From the IMG/VR virus record IMGVR_UViG_3300045988_154277: 64,000 nt of DNA. One strand, written 5' to 3'. The stretch is from a virus. Of the stretch, positions 18,220-26,191 are shown piece after piece. Below the pieces are notes generated by a model, which saw only the letters and a program-made list of their open reading frames with translations, did not search any database and had not been told where the DNA came from. How positions within the stretch are numbered: the stretch's first letter is position 1; each line of letters begins with the position of its first letter. The position numbers and the translations under genes are program-made.

Positions 18220-19007
18220 CTCCCGAACAGCGTGTGGAATACCTGATGGGAATGACCCTGGTCGTCAACAACGGCACCGTTCTTCGCATCCAGGATCCCA
18301 ACTACCGTTCTGGCGATAGAGACCTTATCCACTTCCAGGATATCCAGAAGCTGCTGATCATGGATCGACTCACAACCGAGTGCGTTGGCGATCTCAGGAA
18401 GATGATCTTTCGGATCGAACTCGTAGGAGAGACCCTCCAGACCTTTCACGTAGACTTTGGAAGCCTCCGCATATCCAGGGCAGTCCACGGCATCGATCGT
18501 CACAAGAGCGTTCACTCGTTGTTTGATCACATTGCCTTCCTGACCGATCTTGGCAACCAGAGACCGCAACGAGAACGCTGCGTTCTTCAGAGGATCTTCC
18601 AGACGATCCTTCAGATACGGACCATAAGGTCCAGAGCATTGGATATCACCATAGACCACAACATGTCCCTGTTCAGTAGGTTGTCCAGTCCACACACGAT
18701 GGATCGTGTGAGATTCGTTCTTGGAGTCGATGAGCATCACCCGGGGAAGATCTTTGTCTTCCCAAATCATCGGATGTCCCCACTCTCCAGTGAGCTGTCC
18801 TGCTTTCAGGCGTCTCACGAAAGGAGAGTACGGGTTGGTCAGGGCATCGACCATGCTGGTAACCTCATAGTCTTTGAGGTTACGGGATACTTTACCCAAC
18901 ACCATCAAGGGAATGTCATGGTAAACCCCGTTCTTATCAGGTTTCAGGCTCTTCTGGTTCCCTTCCAGGAGAAGAGCTGAACTGATATCAAAAGCTATCG
19001 TGTTCAT
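18216..19007 (-). CDS. Hypothetical protein upstream of ClpP; possibly prohead/scaffold-associated
   Basis: Overlaps the ClpP start by 4 nt. Has a GEWGHP segment and an SLRSL segment. Confidence 0.35.
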   Translation of the reverse strand: MNTIAFDISSALLLEGNQKSLKPDKNGVYHDIPLMVLGKVSRNLKDYEVTSMVDALTNPYSPFVRRLKAGQLTGEWGHPMIWEDKDLPRVMLIDSKNESHTIHRVWTGQPTEQGHVVVYGDIQCSGPYGPYLKDRLEDPLKNAAFSLRSLVAKIGQEGNVIKQRVNALVTIDAVDCPGYAEASKVYVKGLEGLSYEFDPKDHLPEIANALGCESIHDQQLLDILEVDKVSIARTVVGILDAKNGAVVDDQGHSHQVFHTLFGR

Positions 19008-19026
19008 ATGTATTCCTTATTAGAAG

Positions 19027-19713
19027 TTAATTGCGAAGCAGATCTTCGATATCGCTCGAAGTGTCGTTGTTCGGGTTGACGATCATGCCGTTGATCGCAT
19101 CTTGCAGATAGCCACCGATCAGTTTGGCTGTGGTACTCATCGTTGCATGAGCGGAGTCATTCAACTTCAAGAACCTCGGTGGATTGATCATATCCGTTTT
19201 CCTGTAGAACTTACGGACATCCTCTCGATCTCTGGCAAGGTGAGAGAAGATCATCTCGAAGGTTGCATGATTCACATTCATCTTGGACTTGGTGATCTCT
19301 TTCACGATATCGAAGATGAACGCACAGGTGTTGTAATCGATGAACTTCGGGATCTTCCCGTTCTGGATATACTCATTGAAAAGTACATAAGCAAGGTAAG
19401 AGTTCCTCACCACTTCACGGTGGTTCAAGAACACATCTCCTTGCTTGAACAGACATCTCAGATAGTCGATCCCTCCGATAGTAACGAACTGCACATCAGA
19501 AGGAGACATACTGATCATCGCAGGAAGGAAGATACTGTGATCTCCCACATCTTTAATGGTGAATTCGAAGATAGCCAGAGCATCTGTGGTATCTCCAATC
19601 TTCAACAACCCATATCGTTCATAGGACTTGGGAACGTAAGCGAGCATCTCGTGTCCTGTGAACAGGACACGATCATCCTTGTATTCCAAATAGTCATTAA
19701 AGTTAAACATCAT
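19027..19713 (-). CDS. Hypothetical protein
   Basis: ORF inside the co-directional operon. Confidence 0.4.
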   Translation of the reverse strand: MMFNFNDYLEYKDDRVLFTGHEMLAYVPKSYERYGLLKIGDTTDALAIFEFTIKDVGDHSIFLPAMISMSPSDVQFVTIGGIDYLRCLFKQGDVFLNHREVVRNSYLAYVLFNEYIQNGKIPKFIDYNTCAFIFDIVKEITKSKMNVNHATFEMIFSHLARDREDVRKFYRKTDMINPPRFLKLNDSAHATMSTTAKLIGGYLQDAINGMIVNPNNDTSSDIEDLLRN

Positions 19714-19721
19714 CTAACTCC

Positions 19722-21578
19722 TTATTGCACGGTATGCCACACGATGGAGTTGTGCCACGGGCTACTTCCAGAGTGTGCTGTATTCGATTCATAGAGGTGG
19801 TTAGACTCTGTACCTATGTACCAACGAGACTTCGAAGTATCGTAAGCGACGATCGTTTCCAGTTGTGCTGGATAGATGCTGTTCGCCAGTTTCCACATAC
19901 GAGATGTACCAGATGTCGTAACATCCACTAGTGTGTAGTTCCCGGTACGGAGAGGATCGATGTTCTCCACATGGATCGTACTTGCATTGATGCGGGTGAC
20001 GATCGGGAGCTGTTCTTCTGGTTCCACAGGTTCTTCCGGTGTGGGTGGTGTATCTTCACCACCTGGTTCTTCCTCCTCTACCGGTAATCGAGCTACCGTA
20101 AGATCGTACAAGAGATAAGAAGGAAGTCTCCTAACATCTGTGTACTCCATCGAAAATGGATTGTACTTATCGGTGTACGAAGTATTGTGTTTCCGGATCG
20201 CAAGGTTCGGAGCCACTAGATCATACAAATTATCACGATGCATCAATCGAAGTTCTTGTTGTACAGGGAATGTCACAAGTTCGTTCGAGTCGTACTGGAT
20301 CCTGACATAGTCGACAACTTCTCTGGTATACCGGTTGATCAAAAGACCACCTGTTTGACAAGGGAACGTCAATTTGTCCGGATAGAGAACCATAAGAGGT
20401 TCGATGAAGCTGTGAACCAGAGGTTCTTCACTATGCAAGATCGCTACAAAAGGAACCGTTTTATCCGCATATTTTTGGATCGCAAGTTCCTCTTCTGTTG
20501 TCCCAGTGAAATGATCTGGATCGTTGAATAAGTTGTGGATCGTAGCTTCCACATTGACACGAACCATTGTGGTGTTCTTCAAGGTCTTCTGGAACTTCTG
20601 GAGGTTCGCTGCCAAGATCACCTCAAGGAGTTGACGATCCAGTTCTATTTCAACACGATATCGTGTTCCTTCTGAGAAGATCTTGACGTGGTCTGTGGAT
20701 GACTCGAACATCCGTCCACCGATGCACACCATCGGGTATCCAGACGTTGTTCCTTCCGGAAGCAAAAAAGAGATCTTGATGATAGAGTGTTGGTAGACTT
20801 GGATCGTCCCTTGAAATTTCACAGGATCATCGTCTTTTACGACAGTATCCTGGATCGATAATTTCTCATCGACACTTGTGATCTCAACTGGTTCACAGTC
20901 TGACAATTTGACGATCGTAAGATCACCGAGATCACTGTAATCCACAAGGAGGATGTTCTTGTTCAGGTCTTCTACTTTCGATGCTAGCTGTGCGCCTTGA
21001 TAAGCGAACAGAACGTCTTCGTATACTTCTGGATAACAAGCGATCCCATTGACGAACGGGATCGTATTCTGGAACTTCACCACTTCTCCTGGGATCGCTT
21101 TGCTGAATACAAGATCTGGAAGATTCCATTTTAAACGATTGTTGTTACGGACTCCCGGAGAGCGGTGAGATCCATAACCGACATCGATCCCGAAGTTGTT
21201 CTCCACACTGTAGATGTTCAACTGTGTTGTGATATTCGTAGTAAATGGAGTCGGGATCAGTGTTTTAACACCATCTTGGATGGTCAGCATCCTGTAAGGA
21301 ACCATGGTAGCAACACGATATCGATCCAATGTAGTAAGGTCCAACTTCGTCAGATACTCTTCCATCTGAGTCCAGTCGGTTACTCCATTCGCAGAGACTG
21401 GTTGTTCTGCATAGAGTTGCATCAGATCAATATACTTCATAACACCATCATCGTCCTCTAAACAAAGGACGAGATCCTGTGTTCCTTGGTAGGATAGTGC
21501 ATCCGAGAGTGTGATAGCAGAGGTATCATAGCAAGAGCTATGTCGATCTGCGTGACGTATGATACCCTTAATAAGCAT
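19722..21578 (-). CDS. Large hypothetical virion-associated protein (acidic Pro/Glu-rich stretch); portal-like by position only
   Basis: Roughly 620 aa, first gene of the operon that ends with ClpP. GAGAGGTG RBS before the internal ATG. Confidence 0.3.
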   Translation of the reverse strand: MLIKGIIRHADRHSSCYDTSAITLSDALSYQGTQDLVLCLEDDDGVMKYIDLMQLYAEQPVSANGVTDWTQMEEYLTKLDLTTLDRYRVATMVPYRMLTIQDGVKTLIPTPFTTNITTQLNIYSVENNFGIDVGYGSHRSPGVRNNNRLKWNLPDLVFSKAIPGEVVKFQNTIPFVNGIACYPEVYEDVLFAYQGAQLASKVEDLNKNILLVDYSDLGDLTIVKLSDCEPVEITSVDEKLSIQDTVVKDDDPVKFQGTIQVYQHSIIKISFLLPEGTTSGYPMVCIGGRMFESSTDHVKIFSEGTRYRVEIELDRQLLEVILAANLQKFQKTLKNTTMVRVNVEATIHNLFNDPDHFTGTTEEELAIQKYADKTVPFVAILHSEEPLVHSFIEPLMVLYPDKLTFPCQTGGLLINRYTREVVDYVRIQYDSNELVTFPVQQELRLMHRDNLYDLVAPNLAIRKHNTSYTDKYNPFSMEYTDVRRLPSYLLYDLTVARLPVEEEEPGGEDTPPTPEEPVEPEEQLPIVTRINASTIHVENIDPLRTGNYTLVDVTTSGTSRMWKLANSIYPAQLETIVAYDTSKSRWYIGTESNHLYESNTAHSGSSPWHNSIVWHTVQ

Positions 21579-21662
21579 GGGCAACACCTCTCGTTAAAGG
21601 TTGACTTTTAAGCATAGCATGACCCGATCAAGTGTGCTAGAACACAAAAGAATAAGCTTAAA

Positions 21663-21700
21663 AAGCGATCTAGATGTGAGATAACACTCACATCTAGATC
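21663..21700 (-). terminator. Conserved cassette terminator (ATCTAGATGTGAG-ataac-ACTCACATCTAGAT plus T-run)
   Basis: 13-bp perfect stem and then CGCTTTTTAAG on the minus strand. Same ATCTAGATGT stem motif as at 26135 and 27905. Confidence 0.55.
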
Positions 21701-21706
21701 AGATCA

Positions 21707-23068
21707 TTACTTGTTCTTCTGTCTCTTATACTCAGCTTCTACAGCTTGGATGATCTTCTTAGCCCAGGCTCGATCAGAGTCTGTGATTTCAAACGTACGT
21801 GCTGCGTCATTGGCAACATGTTCGTGTTCTTGTTCATCGTAATCTTTGGTCATATCAATCGTAGTACCCATCTGCGAATCGTACAAATGACGACACTCGT
21901 GTACAACAACGAATAGAAATTGGTCTACTTTAGAAGAAGTACCAACAGTGACTGCATTAAAGATACGATCAAACCACGACAAGATCACCTTCACATTGAC
22001 ATAGAAGTCAACCGTATTGGTACCTGTACCAACCATACACCATCCCATCATAGCGGTAGGTTTGTCATCAAGTGGATTAGGCCACAAAGCTGGATTCGTA
22101 TTCGTCACAACCATATTTCGAATCCTGAATGCCATCCCATAATGTTCACCAAGTCTCTTCACGAAATCTTGGTCCATAGGAAAGGTCATGTTGATACTGT
22201 ATCCGTCTTTCGTATAAGCTTTATGAAGATCTTGCAGATACTTCGATGCGAATTCACACACTGTATCCAATGCACTTATGGTAATGGTCAGGAACTTAAC
22301 GAATCCTTTTACGATATTGGAAGGCTGAGCCTCTTCATCCACATCTGCACGAACAAACAGATTGTAATGATTGGATACAACTTTATCAATCTTCTCAACC
22401 AACGTCTCCATGTCGGTTGTGTCAGTAACTTGTTTCTTGAATTCGTCAAGTGCTCTAATGTACTGACCGATCGATCCTGATATTTGATTCAAATCATTAC
22501 CAAGTGCTGTTGCATGTTTGTAGATCTCTCTTCTACGATAAGTGATACCACCATCTTTCTCCACTAAGCCAGCTTTAAACATATCATCCAGTTGTCGGTT
22601 AAAGTCTTCCAAATTGGAGAAATCTGTGTTGTCACTCAATTCGATTCGAAGATCAGAAAGCTTATTTATGACAGTCATCCAAGCTTGATACACTTTGTCG
22701 ATATCATACTTCCATTTCATAGGCTGGTCCAAACCAGGAGAGAAGTGTGTCTTGATGGAAGCTTTGATATCTCGAAGGACTCGAAATAGCTTACCGACAA
22801 AAGCAATGATCCTGTCTTTCAGCCATTTGAAGAATTGACTAACTCCTTCTTTCGCTTGTTGGAAGATCCCTTCTTCACCTATTAGCATCTGGAAGTGTTC
22901 GGTATAACCGTATTTGCGTTCATATTGGTTCACGATGGTGGCATTTTCATAAGCCACGATACCAGAGATGATCTCTTTGTAGAGATCATTGAGTTCGTGA
23001 AACCGTTGGATATGTTTTATAGCTTGTTCTTGTGCAAGCATCTCATCGAAAAAAGAAATGTTGTACAT
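21707..23068 (-). CDS. HExxH paralog family, large member B
   Basis: VVHECRHLYDSQ and C-terminal DRAWAKKIIQAVEAEYKRQKNK. RBS GAGGA. Confidence 0.55.
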   Translation of the reverse strand: MYNISFFDEMLAQEQAIKHIQRFHELNDLYKEIISGIVAYENATIVNQYERKYGYTEHFQMLIGEEGIFQQAKEGVSQFFKWLKDRIIAFVGKLFRVLRDIKASIKTHFSPGLDQPMKWKYDIDKVYQAWMTVINKLSDLRIELSDNTDFSNLEDFNRQLDDMFKAGLVEKDGGITYRRREIYKHATALGNDLNQISGSIGQYIRALDEFKKQVTDTTDMETLVEKIDKVVSNHYNLFVRADVDEEAQPSNIVKGFVKFLTITISALDTVCEFASKYLQDLHKAYTKDGYSINMTFPMDQDFVKRLGEHYGMAFRIRNMVVTNTNPALWPNPLDDKPTAMMGWCMVGTGTNTVDFYVNVKVILSWFDRIFNAVTVGTSSKVDQFLFVVVHECRHLYDSQMGTTIDMTKDYDEQEHEHVANDAARTFEITDSDRAWAKKIIQAVEAEYKRQKNK

Positions 23069-23095
23069 AATTGTCCTCTGTGTTATAGTTATGCG

Positions 23096-23134
23096 AGAGG
23101 GGAGTTGTTACCCCCCCCCGCAGTGTGTCACACT
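23096..23134 (-). promoter_or_regulatory. Hairpin GGGGAG...CCCCCCCCC (C9 tract) plus palindrome AGTGTG-t-CACACT, between small B and large B
   Basis: Homopolymer C9 at 23111-23119. Confidence 0.4.
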
Positions 23135-23403
23135 AGTTCCTCTAACCGTTCGACCTGATCATCCCGTAAGCACTCTCTTGGAAATGGAGTTCCGAGATTA
23201 GACTCCATAACCAATTTAGCACCACGGATGGGAAGAGTGGAGTGTGTAACCCAATAGATGTTGTCTCTACTGATCACGCACATGTGATCATCTTCCCACA
23301 TACGATCAAGTTTGTTTTGAAGAGCTATTTTGGAAAGCAGACTGTTGTTACGAATCTGCTCGTATTGTTGACGCTTCAGTGTATTCACATCGCTGATGAT
23401 CAT
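23128..23403 (-). CDS. Small partner protein B
   Basis: Start moved to Met after AAGGAGG. C-terminal motif LGTPFPRECLRDDQVERLEELV is homologous to small D. Confidence 0.45.
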   Translation of the reverse strand: MIISDVNTLKRQQYEQIRNNSLLSKIALQNKLDRMWEDDHMCVISRDNIYWVTHSTLPIRGAKLVMESNLGTPFPRECLRDDQVERLEELV

Positions 23404-23456
23404 ACCAACCTCCTTGTTTATTTTGATGCAGAAGGAGCATATGATACTCAAAGGTT

Positions 23457-23489
23457 TAGATGCTGGAGAGGTCGTAACTCTCCAGCATC
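23457..23489 (-). terminator. Hairpin GATGCTGGAGAG-gtcgtaac-CTCTCCAGCATC after the 56-aa gene
   Basis: 12-bp perfect stem. Confidence 0.4.
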
Positions 23490-23498
23490 TAGGTCACA

Positions 23499-23669
23499 CT
23501 ACACTACCAATTGGTAGGTGTCGTAACCCGTTCGGATAACGCGCTTCACAGCGACATACCCATCGGGTGTTTTCACCCTGAGTCCGTCAACCGGAAGCTT
23601 ACCCAGAGCGATCAACCGAAGTTGACGTTCTCTCTGGACGTCCTTAGACTGTTTGTTAATAACAACCAT
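23499..23669 (-). CDS. Small 56-aa protein (not in the ORF track); paralog of the 39496..39678 gene
   Basis: AGGAGGA lies 6 nt upstream. The sequence MVVINKQSKDV...GKLPVDGLRVKTPDGYVAVKRVI resembles MAVINSRPKDY...GRLPASSLRVRTHDGRYVQVAKVV. Confidence 0.4.
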   Translation of the reverse strand: MVVINKQSKDVQRERQLRLIALGKLPVDGLRVKTPDGYVAVKRVIRTGYDTYQLVV

Positions 23670-23755
23670 GACACGATCCTCCTGTTTATGTGTTGCTTAC
23701 AATACGACCCCTCCTAGTGTGAAACTAGAGGCCAATCAAAATCTTTGAGTGAACC

Positions 23756-23794
23756 CAGGTAGGGTAGGATACGTTATGTATCCTACCCTACCTG
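23756..23794 (-). terminator. Hairpin CAGGTAGGGTAGGATAC-gtta-GTATCCTACCCTACCTG
   Basis: 17-bp perfect stem immediately after the 76-aa gene stop. Confidence 0.55.
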
Positions 23795-23798
23795 TCTA

Positions 23799-24029
23799 TC
23801 AGTTCTTACACCACTTGGGATCGATAACTTCTTCGATCTCATGCAGTGTTGCTGCAATTGCCCGATCACACCGTCTCCAAGTGTAACCGTACTTCTTCAC
23901 CTGCATACGCTTCAGTCTCCAGTGTGCAACACGTCTGTTTAGTTTCTGGATCATGATGCGTTTCATGATCCCAGCGATGATGTTGTCAGTACTGTTGGCG
24001 ATACGTTCGCTCTGTAACTTAGTAACCAT
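23799..24029 (-). CDS. Small basic hypothetical protein (76 aa)
   Basis: ORF downstream of a TATATAT box. First gene of the transcription unit feeding cassette B. Confidence 0.4.
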   Translation of the reverse strand: MVTKLQSERIANSTDNIIAGIMKRIMIQKLNRRVAHWRLKRMQVKKYGYTWRRCDRAIAATLHEIEEVIDPKWCKN

Positions 24030-24074
24030 GATGAACCCCCTTATGATTTGTTATCTTCCTGGTGCTTTCATAAG

Positions 24075-24100
24075 AGTTATATATATTCGAAATATTTTGA
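24075..24100 (-). promoter_or_regulatory. Variant of the recurring TATATAT box (TTATATATATTCGAAATATTTTGAACTACAC)
   Basis: Shares the TATATAT core and the GAACTACAC segment with the copies at 47459 and 61830. Confidence 0.35.
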
Positions 24101-24108
24101 ACTACACT

Positions 24109-24138
24109 ACTCTAGAGGGATACATGTATCCCTCTAGA
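24109..24138 (-). terminator. Hairpin CTCTAGAGGGATAC-at-GTATCCCTCTAGAG
   Basis: 14-bp palindrome directly after the 24161 gene stop. Confidence 0.55.
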
Positions 24139-24160
24139 GTAGGTATGGTGTTATCAACTG

Positions 24161-25273
24161 TTATTGACCGAATATAGGATAAAACCGTCTGTAGTTGGTG
24201 TGAATAGCTTCCAGATAGTATCCTCTTTTTACAGGGATAAAGATGGTTTGATCTGTTACACCACCATCTTTCCCAGCACGTCTCCCATCGGATGTTGTAT
24301 GGGTTGCAAGAAGTTGTGATTTAGATGCGTCTTTATAGATATGAACAGTAGTTACGCGTGTGGGTTCAGCATTGGAGTTAACCCACCGTACATAGAACCA
24401 TCCGTCAGACGGAGTGGTGTATGTGTAAGTCGCAACGTATGCGTTCTCTCCTAAATTGATGCTACGCTCGTATTCGGGCATACCTAACGCACCGCCCTCT
24501 ATAATGCTGTTGATGGTATTAAGCGCATCCTGGATCTTCTGGTCCATCTGTTTGGTATAATCGGTGATCAACTTCAATACATCCTGAACATTGACATATC
24601 CAGCCATGGGAGCTTGATTGAACACCTGGATGTAAAGAGCCATCGTCACACAAGGTGCGACAACCTCATTTGAGAATCCGAATGCATCTGTGCTGTATCT
24701 GCCGTATGCAGCATCTTTTATAAGGTCGCCTCCTTTAGCATTATTTGGCAGTATACTTGTGTCCAACATCGGTTCATCGGCACTGCTGGTGTTGGCTAGT
24801 GATTGACAATCGTTTCCATATCCAGATAAGTGTGGGTATTGGTTTGCTGGATAGTACACATCGTATCGCATTGCCAATGTTAAATCAGGTAACCCGCTCA
24901 AGTAGGTTTTGTTGTGTACATTGACAGCTTGGTTGGATTCGTATCCTCTGATATATCTCGTAACCTTAGGAAGACGGATGTCACTTCCTTCGATCACAAA
25001 CATACCGGATTGTCCTGTGGAGGCCAACTCCGCTTCATATTGTGCATTTGTCCCAGTACGGATGTAGTTTTTCGAACCATACTCCACTGCTTTCTGGTAG
25101 AACTCTGGGTAGAGTGTTTGACATCCTCGGATCCACTCTCCGGTATTCAGCGGGTATGCACCTGGAGGTGTTTCTCTGGACATGGAGTAGAACACTTCGA
25201 ATATATTCTTGGCACCAGAGATCTCTTTCTTCAGATCATCGGTCATCGGAATATTACGTCTCTTAAACGACAT
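24161..25273 (-). CDS. Hypothetical protein (start moved to MSFKRRN)
   Basis: AAAGGA RBS before the internal Met. The longer ORF would run into a perfect palindrome. Confidence 0.45.
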   Translation of the reverse strand: MSFKRRNIPMTDDLKKEISGAKNIFEVFYSMSRETPPGAYPLNTGEWIRGCQTLYPEFYQKAVEYGSKNYIRTGTNAQYEAELASTGQSGMFVIEGSDIRLPKVTRYIRGYESNQAVNVHNKTYLSGLPDLTLAMRYDVYYPANQYPHLSGYGNDCQSLANTSSADEPMLDTSILPNNAKGGDLIKDAAYGRYSTDAFGFSNEVVAPCVTMALYIQVFNQAPMAGYVNVQDVLKLITDYTKQMDQKIQDALNTINSIIEGGALGMPEYERSINLGENAYVATYTYTTPSDGWFYVRWVNSNAEPTRVTTVHIYKDASKSQLLATHTTSDGRRAGKDGGVTDQTIFIPVKRGYYLEAIHTNYRRFYPIFGQ

Positions 25274-25300
25274 AGTGATATCCTTTCGGTTATGTAAAGG

Positions 25301-25335
25301 TTTGTTTACGATGGTATGATACCATCGTAAACAAA
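25301..25335. promoter_or_regulatory. 35-bp perfect palindrome (TTTGTTTACGATGGTAT-g-ATACCATCGTAAACAAA) between divergent genes
   Basis: 16+16 bp perfect inverted repeat centred between the starts at 25273 and 25365. Confidence 0.45.
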
Positions 25336-25364
25336 GCATCTACTATAGAGGAAGGAGTCTTCAT

Positions 25365-26135
25365 ATGCCATTCCATAGACGTAAGTTGGAGATCAATGAT
25401 GAGTTCCGAGCATCGATCCAGAAGTTGATCGATGATGCAACTGCCGCATTAAATACCAAAGTGGACGAAGCCCTGAAACAGATCGATGAGAAGATCAGTG
25501 GTGGTGTAGTTGGATTCCCGAACTACGCTGCTGCATCCCAGATCTCCGATCCAACAACACTGAGAACAGCAACCAGCAACGGTTACCTGATGATCCAGAA
25601 CGGATGGGGTAACAACTACGGGATGGGTCCTTGTCGATTGACCATCGGATCGAATACCTTCATCATCGGTTATAACCATAACGAAGGAAAGCACTATTCT
25701 CAAGGAAGTACAGCAGGTATGTTCCCCGTGAAACAAGGAGAGTCTTGGAAGCTGGATACACGTGGCTCTTCTTACCGTGTGGTATACTGGGTACCTTGCT
25801 ATACCACAGGAACAGGAGGCTCCGGTGGGAGCGATCCATCTACTGGATCTGGTGGTCTTAGTTTCCCAGACTACTCTCTTGGTTCAGACATCATGAACGA
25901 TTACATCTCCGGTTGGACAGCACGAGTGGATGGTTGGGTATACGTTCGTATCAACCGCAGTGGGTACATCGTCTGTATCAACGGTGCTGAGGTAACTCGC
26001 GGTTCCGAGTCTAACTCTGAAATGTGTTGTTTCGTGCCAATCAAAGCAGGTCAGACTGTAACGATCCGGAAGTTCTCGGACAACAGTATCGTAGCTACCA
26101 CCAAAGAACCGATGATATTCTATCCATTATTGTAA
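25365..26135 (+). CDS. Hypothetical structural protein with a Gly-rich linker (fibre-like)
   Basis: RBS GGAGG. Contains TGTGGSGGSDPSTGSGG. Confidence 0.4.
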   Translation: MPFHRRKLEINDEFRASIQKLIDDATAALNTKVDEALKQIDEKISGGVVGFPNYAAASQISDPTTLRTATSNGYLMIQNGWGNNYGMGPCRLTIGSNTFIIGYNHNEGKHYSQGSTAGMFPVKQGESWKLDTRGSSYRVVYWVPCYTTGTGGSGGSDPSTGSGGLSFPDYSLGSDIMNDYISGWTARVDGWVYVRINRSGYIVCINGAEVTRGSESNSEMCCFVPIKAGQTVTIRKFSDNSIVATTKEPMIFYPLL

Positions 26136-26175
26136 ATAGGATCTAGATGTAGGAGAATGATCTCCTACATCTAGT
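26135..26175 (-). terminator. Conserved cassette terminator (ATCTAGATGTAGGAGA-atg-ATCTCCTACATCTAG)
   Basis: Same stem motif as at 21663 and 27905. Confidence 0.5.
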
Positions 26176-26191
26176 TGATATAACGCTTATT

